Origin: Ostreococcus lucimarinus
Lineage: Eukaryota
Direction: 5' to 3' (one strand)
Assembly (NCBI GenBank): GCA_000092065.1
Contig: CP000581.1
Length of the DNA stretch: 64,000 bases
Shown: positions 28,567-38,856 of the stretch, one piece after another
Layout: the number at the start of each line of letters is the position of its first letter
How positions within the stretch are numbered: the first letter of the stretch is position 1
Notes under the pieces: generated by a model
What the model was told of the DNA's origin: nothing
The model's database searches: none
Seen by the model: only the letters and a program-made list of their open reading frames with translations
Made by a program: the position numbers and the translations under genes

Positions 28567-30786
28567 ATGTTTGCCAACTCGTTGGCGCTTCGGGCGTCGA
28601 GCGCGCCTCGCGCACTCCGACAACCACAGCATGGTGCGTCGAGAAATTCTCCTCGCCATAACAGAGTTGTTCGTGTCGTTCGCGCGCAAGCCAGCGATGC
28701 ATCCCGCGCCAATGTGAACGCGACGGGTACGATGCGAAGAGAAAGCCTTCGTGTGACGCGACTTCGCGATTTGGTTGAAATTTCCCCGCACGTGTGGGAA
28801 GAATATTCCGATCATTCCCCAGGTTCGGTCTCCGAACTCGGCTCCAAGCAAGGTCAAGTTTTCAAGGAGCTATTGCTCGAGTCCCCGCACTTCCGCGTGT
28901 ACTCTTACAACGTCTTACCGTCGGGAGAACATTCCGTCAAGTTTTTGATGGGTTCGCCTCGCATGGACAGCCTCGACGACGTGTCACGAGTCACCACCGT
29001 GGTCGCGAACGCTGACGAAGGATTAATCAACCTTGTCCCTGAGACGAACGGCAGCGGCTTCGTCGCCGAGATTCGATTCCCTCTGCCAGAGTTGGAGACA
29101 CGAACGAAGAAGAATGAGGGCATGTCATCCACGCAAATTCGCGAGAGGCGCCTCAACGGCCTCGTTCGCGCCTTGGAGGAACAAATCATCGACGAAAGTC
29201 TCATCTGTCTCATGGAAAAGGGCAGTGACGATCGATCAGTCTTCACCGGTGAGGCACGCTTGAACAAGTACTTCACCGGCATGCGCGCTCGCCCCAGCGA
29301 ATTGCTTCATCGAGGCACGTGCACGTCGTCTTCTCCCACCGCCGGCGCGCTCCAAGCGTCTCGGGACATGCTTCTCAGACTTTGGGATCTCGAAGAAAAC
29401 GCCGACGAGGCACTCTGCGAAGAAGTTCGCGAACGCGTCGAGGCGTTATTCTGCGACGGCAACGGTCGAATGGTTATCCATCCGTCTGGCACCGACGCGG
29501 AGATGGTTCCGCTCCTTCAAGCAATCCTCGCCTCTCGCGCTCTCAAGCGCCAAGCTGGTTTGACAGACATCAAAGGTGACGTAGTCAACATCGTGTGCTG
29601 CGCCGGTGAAGTCGGAAGCGGCACCACTCAAGCAGCAGAAGGGAAATTCTTCTCGAGCACTGTCCCGTTGGGCGGTTACGGCGTCGTCAACGGCGAGGAG
29701 TTGCCAGCAATTCACAAGCTGTGCAACATGAAATCCATCGAGCTAGTTGCACGATCGTCCGTCAACGGGGATCTACTCGATGAATACGACGATATGGTTG
29801 AAAGTACGACGCGCAAAGCTCTCGTGGAGAATCCGCACAGAGTCGTCGTCGTGCACTCAGTTGCCGGAAGTAAGACGGGTCTATGCGTCCCGTCACCAGT
29901 CGTCGCCGAGAAACTCAAATCAGAGTTTGGTGACCGCATCATCTCTGTTCTCGATGCGTGTCAAATGCGCAGTGGTCCGTCGCTGATTCCTCGCTGGCTC
30001 AATGAAATGGGTCCTGTTCTCATGACGAGCTCCAAGTTCTACGGCGGTCCGTCCTTTGGAAGTGGCGTCTTTGTGCCCCACGCGTGCTTGGCGAAGATGA
30101 ACGAAGAATTGGAAGCGGAACCCGCGAGTGCGGTCGTTGACATCGCCGAGGCGTGCGCATCCTATCTCACGTCTTATGATATCGGTCCTCTCATGCCGCG
30201 CCTTCACGACGCCATGCCGCCTGGTTTCTGTAACACGGGCTTGCTCCTTCGTTGGGCCGCCGGCTTGTACGAGATGGAATCGCTCAACGACGCCACCACC
30301 AACGCCGGTGGCACGGCAGTCGCTGAAGAAAAACTCCGTTCGTGGGTCTTTGCGATGCGCGAAGAGGCACAACGGCATGCTCCCGAGATCGAATTCGTTC
30401 AACCGATTGACTACGAGAACGAGTGGCAGTACGGTGGCGTGAACACGATTATCTCTGTTCGCTTGCGCAATCCTGCTGGAGAATATTACTCGACGCCCGA
30501 GTTGAAGAAAATATATGGTTTGATGCACTCTGATATCTCGGAGCATCTCGCCGACGGTAGCACCGACGAAGAACGTCGCGTTGCTTCGAAGAGATGTCTC
30601 ACTGGGCAACCGGTGGACATTCCCGAAGGTCCCGTGTTGCGTGTTGTTCTGGGCGCCGCACAGCTCACCGATTTGGTTAGCGGTGCCCAAACCTTGGAAG
30701 AGATGATGAAAGAAGATCGTGATCTCTTCAAGAAACTCGTTTTGATCAGCCGACAGTTTTTGCACCTGACGAGCTATGAGTTGTAG
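28567..30786 (+). CDS. Chloroplast-targeted two-domain protein: N-terminal domain of unknown function plus C-terminal class-V aminotransferase-fold (cysteine desulfurase/MOCOS-like) PLP domain
   Basis: Transit-peptide-like N-terminus 'MFANSLALRASSAPRALRQ'. The C-terminal half has class-V fold markers 'VISVLDACQMRSG' (Asp-x-x-Gln, cf. IscS 'HVDATQ') and 'LMTSSKFYGGPSFGSGVFVP' (PLP Lys, cf. 'SGHKxYGPxGxGxL'). The N-terminal ~250 aa match nothing I recognise. Confidence 0.55.
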   Translation: MFANSLALRASSAPRALRQPQHGASRNSPRHNRVVRVVRAQASDASRANVNATGTMRRESLRVTRLRDLVEISPHVWEEYSDHSPGSVSELGSKQGQVFKELLLESPHFRVYSYNVLPSGEHSVKFLMGSPRMDSLDDVSRVTTVVANADEGLINLVPETNGSGFVAEIRFPLPELETRTKKNEGMSSTQIRERRLNGLVRALEEQIIDESLICLMEKGSDDRSVFTGEARLNKYFTGMRARPSELLHRGTCTSSSPTAGALQASRDMLLRLWDLEENADEALCEEVRERVEALFCDGNGRMVIHPSGTDAEMVPLLQAILASRALKRQAGLTDIKGDVVNIVCCAGEVGSGTTQAAEGKFFSSTVPLGGYGVVNGEELPAIHKLCNMKSIELVARSSVNGDLLDEYDDMVESTTRKALVENPHRVVVVHSVAGSKTGLCVPSPVVAEKLKSEFGDRIISVLDACQMRSGPSLIPRWLNEMGPVLMTSSKFYGGPSFGSGVFVPHACLAKMNEELEAEPASAVVDIAEACASYLTSYDIGPLMPRLHDAMPPGFCNTGLLLRWAAGLYEMESLNDATTNAGGTAVAEEKLRSWVFAMREEAQRHAPEIEFVQPIDYENEWQYGGVNTIISVRLRNPAGEYYSTPELKKIYGLMHSDISEHLADGSTDEERRVASKRCLTGQPVDIPEGPVLRVVLGAAQLTDLVSGAQTLEEMMKEDRDLFKKLVLISRQFLHLTSYEL

Positions 30787-31005
30787 CGTCGCTTCCAGCG
30801 AGAAGCCGCTCCTCCCAAAGTAGTTCGCGACTGTCCCTGGGTTGTCGTATTTTTCGAATTGCAACGTTAAAAATGAACGATTGAGCATCTCTCGAGATGA
30901 CTTTATGACTTGTGTGAATTAATGGTGAATTAGTTAGAGTGTTGTAGAATTATGACCACGAATGTTCTAGTTGCCTCTGCCGTCAAATTACAAACTCGAA
31001 GTACT

Positions 31006-32076
31006 TCAAGCGATCCCGTCCTTGCTGATCAAATTTTCCTTTTCGCCGCTCTTGGCGTCATCGCTAACTATGGTGATTTCCTTCTTACTCCCCTTCCGCG
31101 CCGCCTTCAAGAACGCGTTGTAATAAAGTGCCCCGAAAACCATGCAAGTTCCGCCCCACTGAGGCAGCGTGAGTGGATGCATGAAGATGATGCAGCTCAA
31201 CAGAATACTAATGAACTGACGCGTCGTCATGATGGTGGCGAAAAGAAGCGCACCAAACTCTCGAATGGTGTACAAAATGCAAAGCTGCCCGAGCATGGCC
31301 GCGGTGGAGAGGATGATGACGTCGCCCATGACCCCGGGATGTCGTCCGATGAAGTTGAACGCCTCGGTGAGAGAACTATCACTCAGGAGCCAGAACAACG
31401 AAATCGCCGCGCTGCACAAGTTGACCCAAACCATTTGATTGTATGTTTCCATATGGTATCCCTTGAAGAGCTTGTCTTGAAAAGTCGACGTGAATCCATC
31501 GAATCCGAGATATCCCAACATCAACACGCCGCCGTACCAAGACGTATCGCCACCAGATGACACGTGTTTGTTCGTGACGTCGCCGTAAAGCGCGAAAATC
31601 GTACAACCGGCGGTGATGAACGCGGCGACAAGCATGTCTGCCGCGTCGTATCGCCTTTGGTTGATGGCGAACCCCCAAATCATCACCGGTATCATCTTCG
31701 CGCACTTCCCAAGCGTCTGCACTGGAAACGAGACGTACTTTAACGCCTCGTACTGACACGTCGTCGCCACCACGTTCGACGCGCTCACCGTGGCATACGA
31801 GTAAATCGGAGCCACCGGTCTCACCGCACCCTTGATCGCGACCAATATGCACGCGGCCGCGCACACAGCTAACAATCTATTGTTCAACACCAAGAAGACG
31901 CTAAACTTGAAGAATTCTTCCTCCCCGTCGTCGCCATACGGTCTCGTCATGATGCGTTCTTGGAGAATCCCGTACACAACGAGCGATCCGACGACACCGA
32001 CGACGCACCCGATGATTTTCAGCGCTTTGGGCGTGCACAAAACGCCCAAAACGCCGTTTTCGCCTCGCGAAGTCAT
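31006..32076 (-). CDS. Nucleotide-sugar (UDP-galactose/UAA family, SLC35B-like) transporter
   Basis: About 10 TM segments. 'GCVVGVVGSLVVYGILQERIM', 'FPVQTLGKCAKMIPVMIWG' and 'FATIMTTRQFISILLSCIIFMHPLT' are typical of SLC35B/UAA transporters. C-terminal KK-type tail. ATG at 32076. Confidence 0.8.
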   Translation of the reverse strand: MTSRGENGVLGVLCTPKALKIIGCVVGVVGSLVVYGILQERIMTRPYGDDGEEEFFKFSVFLVLNNRLLAVCAAACILVAIKGAVRPVAPIYSYATVSASNVVATTCQYEALKYVSFPVQTLGKCAKMIPVMIWGFAINQRRYDAADMLVAAFITAGCTIFALYGDVTNKHVSSGGDTSWYGGVLMLGYLGFDGFTSTFQDKLFKGYHMETYNQMVWVNLCSAAISLFWLLSDSSLTEAFNFIGRHPGVMGDVIILSTAAMLGQLCILYTIREFGALLFATIMTTRQFISILLSCIIFMHPLTLPQWGGTCMVFGALYYNAFLKAARKGSKKEITIVSDDAKSGEKENLISKDGIA

Positions 32077-32362
32077 CTTTCGCGCTCAACACCCTGACGG
32101 ACGTCAGGGACGGGACGGAGCGTCGACGTAACGTGCGCGCGCGCGCGCGTTCTATAGACGCGTTTACGTGAGGCTGATCGAACGATCGCCGGCTCGAGCG
32201 ACGACGCGCGATGGAGTGGCGTGCGATCTGGTCTTGGCTTGGATTTGAGGCGCGAGCGCGTCGTTTGCGAGCTCGGCAGTTTCGCTTCGCTTTAGAAATT
32301 AAAACGCTCTCTCGCGCGCATTACGATTCGGTCGACGCTAATGCTATCTCCCTACTGTTTGA

Positions 32363-33247
32363 CTACGCTTTCTTGGCCTTCTTCGCCGGCTTTGCGTCTC
32401 CGGCTTTGACGGCGCCTCGCGCGAAGACGAAATTGAACTCGGACGACGCGGCGGCGTCAAACTTCCAGCACCCGTCCGTGCCCCGAAAGGTTTTCAGATC
32501 TTCGGGCGAAGCCACTCGAGCGTCGACGCAGTGTCGAACCATGGCTCCTCGAGCTTGTTTGGCGTACACTGCGGGTCCGGGAAACGTCATCGTGTACACG
32601 TCTACGCCTCGCTTTGTCAACGCCTCTCGCTTGACCGATTTCCAGTACTCTTGCGACGCGCAGTTCACGACGAACGGCCTCGCGCTCGATTCACCACTCG
32701 TCGCCGCTTGTTCGTCCAAATCGTCCGCGATGGCGAGCGCGATGTCTTCCCCCCAATACGCGTATAAATCCTTGCCGGACGGCGCCCACTTCGTTCCCAT
32801 CTCGAGTCGGTACGGCGCGATGGCGTCGTACGGCCGCAGGCAACCGTACAACCCGCTTAAAATCCTCAAATGTTTCTGTAAATACGCCTTCTCCTCTTCC
32901 GTCTTCAACGTCGACGCCTTCAAGTGCCTGAATGCCGGCCCATCGAACGCCAAAGCGCACGCCTTCGTCGCCGCTTTCTCAAAGTTTCCGAATCGCTCGA
33001 CGTTGAGCTTCGCGATGGCGTCCGACACCCCCATGAGCGTCTTCAGGTCGCCCGCCTTGAGTTCGCGCGCCTCGCGCGCGATCGCGTTCGCTCGTTCCGC
33101 GAATCTCGGTCGCGTCGCGCGCGTCGCATCGCTCGCGTTCATCGCCGCCTCGTCCAACGCCTTGGCCGGGCTCAGGACGACGACGAACGGCGTCGCGCTC
33201 GCGCTCGCGCTCGCGCTCGCGTCTTCGCGCGTCGTCGTCGCCTTCAT
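32363..33247 (-). CDS. yaaA: YaaA/UPF0246 (DUF328) peroxide-stress-family protein
   Basis: 'VVVLSPAKALD', 'LMGVSDAIAKLNVERF', 'HLRILSGLYGCLRPYDAIAPYRLEMGTKWAPSGKDLYAYWGEDI' and 'VNCASQEYWKSV' align along the E. coli YaaA length. Start at ATG 33247 ('MKATTTRED'); an upstream Thr/Ser-rich extension to 33367 is possible. Confidence 0.8.
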   Translation of the reverse strand: MKATTTREDASASASASATPFVVVLSPAKALDEAAMNASDATRATRPRFAERANAIAREARELKAGDLKTLMGVSDAIAKLNVERFGNFEKAATKACALAFDGPAFRHLKASTLKTEEEKAYLQKHLRILSGLYGCLRPYDAIAPYRLEMGTKWAPSGKDLYAYWGEDIALAIADDLDEQAATSGESSARPFVVNCASQEYWKSVKREALTKRGVDVYTMTFPGPAVYAKQARGAMVRHCVDARVASPEDLKTFRGTDGCWKFDAAASSEFNFVFARGAVKAGDAKPAKKAKKA

Positions 33248-33493
33248 CGTCAGGCTGCGTCGCGCGCGTCGCGTCGACGTCGTCGTCGAGGTCGTCGTCG
33301 TCGAGGTCGTCGTCGAGGTCGTCCCCGTCCTCGTCCTCGTCGCGCACAGACGCGCACACGCGCGCATGACTGACGATCGAACCGTCGAATCGCGCCGACG
33401 TCGGCGCGGCGCCGCGTCTTCGCGCGTGCGTTACTCGGATGGCGTTACCGATGACTGGTGACTGATGACCCGGCGTCAGTGTGAGACACGACG

Positions 33494-34492
33494 ATGGACG
33501 CGCGAACGCTCAGGGTGATTGAATTAATCGACGCGCTGGAGGAACAGTACCCGGACGCCCCGTCGGCGCCGCGCGAGGCGTTCGTGCACTGGTCGGAGGA
33601 CGACGTGCGCGCGTGGTACCACACGCGAGGCGAGGCGAAGCCGCGACGGGACGAGGAGGGCGATGACAAGACGTGGTTCCCAGGACTCGAGCGAAGCGGA
33701 ACGAGATGTGTCTTGGGCAAGACGCCCAAGTTGAGAATTTTGTGCTTCCCGAACGCGGGGAACATGGAAGACATGTATACGCACGAAGGCACGGGGGCGA
33801 GACGCGCGACGTCGCCGTTGCTGGAGTTCGCCAAGACGCATGAGGCAGAGGTATTGGCGGTGCAGTACCCGGGGCGAGGAAATCGTTCGAAAGAGTCGTG
33901 TGCATTTGAGATCGATGAAATCATCCATCCTCTGTTGCCCGTGGTAGCGGGGAAGTTGTCAGAGTGCCCATACGTCGTTGTCGGGCATTCCGTCGGCTCG
34001 TGGATCGCTTACGAGTTCTTGCAACTGCTACGCGCTCGGGGCGTTCGCATGCCCGAGCACGTCTTCCTTTCGGCATTTCCGTACCCAGATATTCCTCACG
34101 ACGTCCGGCCGTGGCGCATAAACGTGCTGTTGGACGAAGAGGGATTCAAAGATGAGTGTCGCCGATGGGACGTCAACGAGCTTGTTTTTGGCGATATTTG
34201 GAAAATTTACCAACCGCTGATGCGCGCAGATTTTCACTTGTTTGACAAATACGATCACGTACACGATGGGAAGGAGAACTTTACATGGCCTCTGACCGTG
34301 TTTCACGGCGAGAGCGATCGGATGATCACGCGCGAGATGTGTCAAGGCTGGGAAACGCACACGACGGGCGAGTTCGAGCTGCTCGCGATCCCCGGTCATC
34401 ACTTGTTCCCGCTTCAAAAAGATCAAAAGGCGATGTGGCTTCGAAAAATCGCCGAAAGACTTCAGAACGTCGTCGCGCGCACCGCGGCGTAA
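33494..34492 (+). CDS. Type II thioesterase (PF00975-like alpha/beta hydrolase; OLAH/SAST-like)
   Basis: 'LRILCFPNAGNMEDMY', nucleophile elbow 'VVVGHSVGSWIAYEFLQ', 'TVFHGESDRMIT', 'LAIPGHHLFPL'. Matches TE-II enzymes that release or edit acyl chains from carrier proteins. Confidence 0.75.
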   Translation: MDARTLRVIELIDALEEQYPDAPSAPREAFVHWSEDDVRAWYHTRGEAKPRRDEEGDDKTWFPGLERSGTRCVLGKTPKLRILCFPNAGNMEDMYTHEGTGARRATSPLLEFAKTHEAEVLAVQYPGRGNRSKESCAFEIDEIIHPLLPVVAGKLSECPYVVVGHSVGSWIAYEFLQLLRARGVRMPEHVFLSAFPYPDIPHDVRPWRINVLLDEEGFKDECRRWDVNELVFGDIWKIYQPLMRADFHLFDKYDHVHDGKENFTWPLTVFHGESDRMITREMCQGWETHTTGEFELLAIPGHHLFPLQKDQKAMWLRKIAERLQNVVARTAA

Positions 34493-34575
34493 TCACTCGG
34501 GTGCATTCGAGTCGCGAACGGTTGTCATTGATGATGTTTTGTGTTCACATCGCTATTCTCTATCGATTCTACCGA

Positions 34576-35577
34576 CTACGCGCCTCCCGCAGCTTTGCGT
34601 TTCCGCTCGAGATACCTCGCTCGCGCGTCGCTCACGTCGGCTTCTGTGTTCCTCCTCGCATTCGAGTCAACTTTTACCGGTGGCGGCGTCTCGACGGCGA
34701 TGGCTCCCGCTGCTTTCGTTGGCCTCTCCACCAGCGTCACGTCGGACGGGATCGGAGGTATCGCCGGCGTCTCCGCCGCCCGCGCGATGAGTTCACGATC
34801 GCGATCGGCCGCGCTCGTGAGCTTAGGCGCCGTCGTCGCGTTTGATGGCTTCGTTGCATCGGGTTCGGGCGCGGCTCGCCGCGTGTCTCTCGCTGCATCG
34901 CCGCCCATGGCTGAATTCCTATGCATGAGGTTGGAGTAAAACGAAGTCATCGCACCGGCGCCACGCTTTGTGACATCTTCCTCTTCCTCCACTGCATCGC
35001 GCGCCTTGTCTTCCGCCAACCACTTCGCGTCTTCCTGTAGCTTGGCTCTATACGCCGCCGTCACAAACTTGTCCTTATCCGCATACAAGTGATCCTCCTT
35101 CAATCTTTCCTTCAACAGTCGTCTCTCGTACGACGCGTCGTCCTCCTTCTTCCTCGCCTCCGCCTTGGCTATCAAATCTCCTATATACCTCGACTGTCGC
35201 TCCACGCGTTCGCTCGCCAGCTCCTTCGCCTTCGCACCTCGTGACTTTGCGATATCATCGAACACCGCGTCGTACTCAAACGCGTTCGCGTCTTCCTTCA
35301 ACGCCTCGCTCGTCGTCGTCGCCGCTCTCGCCGCGTCTCGTCTCGCCTTGAGCGCCATCGCCTCTTGTTGTCGCTTCACCTCCGCGTTCGCCCGCTCCCG
35401 CGCCTTGACGGGATCGTCATCATCACCTTCATCGCTGTCGGAATCGCACGCGAACGCCGCCAACGCCGGTCTCGGCGCGGGTTTCCCGCCCGACGTCCCT
35501 CGCGGTTTCTTCTTTGGAAGATTTAACCCGTACGCCAGCGTCGCGTGCGACGACGCGTCGTCGCGCGCGTTCGACAT
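34576..35577 (-). CDS. NSRP1: NSRP1/CCDC55-like nuclear speckle splicing regulatory protein (DUF2040)
   Basis: N-terminal 'YGLNLPKKK' (human NSRP1 'YGLILPKKT') and DUF2040 core 'YERRLLKERLKEDHLYADKDKFVTAAYRAKLQE'. The first ATG is at 35577 (the track start 35598 is GTG). Confidence 0.75.
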   Translation of the reverse strand: MSNARDDASSHATLAYGLNLPKKKPRGTSGGKPAPRPALAAFACDSDSDEGDDDDPVKARERANAEVKRQQEAMALKARRDAARAATTTSEALKEDANAFEYDAVFDDIAKSRGAKAKELASERVERQSRYIGDLIAKAEARKKEDDASYERRLLKERLKEDHLYADKDKFVTAAYRAKLQEDAKWLAEDKARDAVEEEEDVTKRGAGAMTSFYSNLMHRNSAMGGDAARDTRRAAPEPDATKPSNATTAPKLTSAADRDRELIARAAETPAIPPIPSDVTLVERPTKAAGAIAVETPPPVKVDSNARRNTEADVSDARARYLERKRKAAGGA

Positions 35578-35878
35578 CGAGATCTTCCTTCCTTCCACCT
35601 TCCGCGTCGTCGTCGCCGTCGCCTCGCGATCGTCGCCGTCGCCGTCGTCGCCTCGCGGTCGTCTATGTCGCCGCCGTCGTGGTGTGCGGGACGTCGGACC
35701 CGGGTCGGCGATGGCGTCGTCGCGCGAGGACGACGACGGACGAGCGACGCGATGGGAGACGCGACGGGAGACGATTTTCTTCGGACTTCGGGCTTCGGAC
35801 TTCGCCGTCGGCGTCGACTGCGCGCGCGCGCGTCGCGCGTCTCGCGAACGACGATCGCGTCTTCAACGACTCGAAACG

Positions 35879-35914
35879 TCATTCGTTCGTTCGTTCGTTC
35901 GTTCGTTCGTTCGT
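35879..35914. repeat. (TTCG)9 microsatellite in the NSRP1 / EF-hand divergent intergenic region
   Basis: 'cattcgttcgttcgttcgttcgttcgttcgttcgttcgcgcgcg'. Confidence 0.85.
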
Positions 35915-36347
35915 TCGTTCGCGCGCGCGTTTCCGCGACGTCGCGGACGCGCGCGATCGGCGACGTCGCGGACGCGCGCCATCGTCGTCGATCGCGGTCG
36001 GTCGCGGATGCGCGTCGACGTCGTCGCCCGTCGACGACGGACGGATGGATGGACGAGGTGCAGCACCTAGGGTTGTGCGCCCGGTACCGGGCGCGACGCC
36101 CCGCGGCGCCCCGCGGCGTTTCGCGTGGAGGTCGGGAGGTCAGTCGACGACGCGCGGTGGCGGCGCGACGGTGGACTCGAGACGAATCGAACGTCGAACG
36201 AACGACGCGCATCGAATCGACCCGACGCGACGTCGCGCGCGACGAGGCGAGACGCGGCCGACGCCGCCGACGCCGCCGACGACGAATCGCATTCGCGGAG
36301 ATTGTGAATCGCGGAGATTGTGAATCGCGTGGCGCGAGACGAACGAT

Positions 36348-37715
36348 ATGGGTGCGTGTGCGTCGATGCTGAGCGGTGCACCGGCGGAGGGAGGAGAAGT
36401 GTCGCGATTGGCGGATACACTCGTGCGTCTGGGGGCGGAGCGGAGGACGGTGAACGATGCGCTGCGGTTATTCTGGCGCGCTGATAAAGACGGGAGCGGG
36501 ACGCTCGGGTTGAAGGAATTCGCGGAGACGTTTGCGTTGCGCACGCGGAACGCGTTTTTACCGCGTATGATGTCGCTTTTCGACGTCGGAGGCGACGGGG
36601 ACATCGGGGCGTTGGAGTTTGTCATGTGCATGGCGCAGTTTCACGAAAGAAGCGCGTCGGCGCACATATATTTCGCTTGGCGACTGTTCGACCAAGACGA
36701 CTCGGGTTCGATGACGATGGAGGAGTTTGAAACCATCATAAACAACTCGATGAGCTACACGGGATCGAATAAAGGTTTCAGCGGTGGATCACATGATCAA
36801 ATGGGGGACCGCGTCGTTAGAGCTGGCCGCAACGGGGCACGAGTGCGGGTGAAAGGCATGAGACAAATCATCAAACAAGCCGACTTGGACGACAACGGCG
36901 TGATCACAATCGACGAGTTTAAGGTTCTTTGCGCGAATAGCTCGCATATCGCCGCGCCGGCTTTCGAGCTGTGGAGTGCAGTCGGGGCACAATCGAAACC
37001 TTGTTGGAAACTGAAGGAAGAGCTCAAGGCGAAAGGCAAGCTTGAAGCAGTACTAGAGATGCTCAGCCCAGCGGCGAGAAAAGCGTTGGGAGTGAAACGC
37101 AAAACGGACGTGGATCGCAAAGATAGGCGTCACGGTGCAGCACGCCGGACGATGGGGAACAACAGAAGAAAGCCAGAACGAAAGATACCCGGTGACCTCG
37201 CGTTCATGGACTCCGTGAAAATAAAAAATGAAGACGACGCTGCGCGCGGTGAGCGGCAGTCGGGCGAGCGGCGCGCGGGCGCGCGAGAACATCGAGATCA
37301 CCGCGAACGCAGTCATCGACATCACCATAGGCATAGAGACGATCGCGAGCACCGTGGGCCTCGCGATGATCGCGCTCGCGATAATCCTCGTGGTCACCGC
37401 GATCATCACTCGGAGCGTCGCAAACATCGACCGGATGATGGATATTACGGACAACCGCCGCCGAACGCGTTCGCGCCGAACCAAGGTCTCGGCGGTGGTT
37501 ACGGCGGTAACGACGTGCGGTACGGGGGAAACCAAATGTCACCGTCGCATCAATACGAACAGCAGCGACCACCGATGAGTAATGGTGGTGGCGGCGGTTA
37601 CGGCCAACCGCGCGGCGGTCAGCCTCCTCGCCCGGGCGCTCGCGCCCCGTTCGCGGGCGACGGCGACCAAGACGAGCTATTGGCTCAGCTCGAGCGCGAT
37701 TTGTACGGCAGGTGA
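36348..37715 (+). CDS. EF-hand Ca2+-binding protein with N-myristoylation consensus (MGxxxS) and a long His/Arg/Asp-rich plus Gly/Pro/Tyr-rich C-terminal low-complexity extension
   Basis: 'MGACASML'. EF loops 'DKDGSGTLGLKEF', 'DVGGDGDIGALEF', 'DQDDSGSMTMEEF', 'DLDDNGVITIDEF'. Tails 'HRDHRERSHRHHHRHRDDREHRGPRDDRARD' and 'GGGYGGNDVRYGG...GGGGGYGQPRGGQPPRPG'. Confidence 0.7.
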   Translation: MGACASMLSGAPAEGGEVSRLADTLVRLGAERRTVNDALRLFWRADKDGSGTLGLKEFAETFALRTRNAFLPRMMSLFDVGGDGDIGALEFVMCMAQFHERSASAHIYFAWRLFDQDDSGSMTMEEFETIINNSMSYTGSNKGFSGGSHDQMGDRVVRAGRNGARVRVKGMRQIIKQADLDDNGVITIDEFKVLCANSSHIAAPAFELWSAVGAQSKPCWKLKEELKAKGKLEAVLEMLSPAARKALGVKRKTDVDRKDRRHGAARRTMGNNRRKPERKIPGDLAFMDSVKIKNEDDAARGERQSGERRAGAREHRDHRERSHRHHHRHRDDREHRGPRDDRARDNPRGHRDHHSERRKHRPDDGYYGQPPPNAFAPNQGLGGGYGGNDVRYGGNQMSPSHQYEQQRPPMSNGGGGGYGQPRGGQPPRPGARAPFAGDGDQDELLAQLERDLYGR

Positions 37716-38856
37716 CGCACGGTATATATAATTTTCCTCGGTCGCGCATCTTTTGTATCATCAGTGTCACAAATATTCACCACATCGCTCCTCTCGCTCT
37801 TCGCGGTCGCCAGAGAAAAGTCGTTTGAAATCAAATTTCCCGCTCAAAATGCTTGAAACACGATGGCGCGCGCGCGAACTCCGCACTCGTCGTCGCGCCC
37901 GTCGATGCTCACCGCGCTGCGCATTGACGCGCGCGCGACAGACATTCATTCGAGCGCGATGACCATTCACACTTACGCCTCACCGTCGGCGAAACCGCGC
38001 GAAGGGGACGACGGCGGCGACGACAGCGGCGCTCGACGTCAATGCGCCAAGTTTACGATTTGGAATGACTTTGGCGATAAGGAAAACGTCGACCCGGTGA
38101 CGGCGACGGCGGCGACGACGCGGCGACGATCGAAAGATTGCACGCCTTCGCGACCGCCGTTGGCAGATATCACGCGTCGCTTCACTCCACCGGTAAGGCG
38201 CGCGAGAAGACCGACACGATGACGCGCGGGAAGTTTAAACACTCGATTTACGCGCCAAATTTTTGAAAAAAATTTCAGATTTGAGCACGAGAAGAGGAAG
38301 GCAAATTTGACATACTGACGACGACCGTGCGATGGAAACAGAACAATAAACTCACGCCTGGAAGGTACACGTTGAAACACGGAGCGAAGGGGATGGGGAT
38401 TCAAAAGGTGCGAGAACGCCGCCGCCACCGCCGTGCGAAACGCGCTCGCGAGGCGGATATCGTGAGCAAAGACACTAACCGGCGTTTCGCGTGACAGAGT
38501 TCTGTGCGTGCTAGTAGATTATTTCACGCGGAAAACGTGAGTGGCAATGAACGACAAGTGGGTGAAGTGGCGAAGAAGGCGGATTCCCGCGCGGGGACGC
38601 GCCCGTCGATTAAGCGCGTTCGGTGAGCGCGTTAGATTTCTCGCGTCGCGTGTTCTCGCGAGACGCCAACATTTGGTGCACGCACATTATCACGAAACGG
38701 CGGTAAAACGTTTGAAACACTCGCTCCATCGCAACATAGCAATGCGGAGCGAACGATCGGCATATTGCACATTAGCAATCAGATTTAGAACAGCTGCAAA
38801 TACTATTACACAAACGCTAGACGTAAAATCAATCCGCCGTCCCGTCGTCCCGCCTT

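Noticed and set aside
37863-38222. A 119-aa ORF with a 'GDKENVDP' (KEN-like) motif between the EF-hand gene and the next gene
   Set aside because: It has no start/stop context I can verify and no family similarity, and its composition is indistinguishable from GC-rich background. It is left unannotated.
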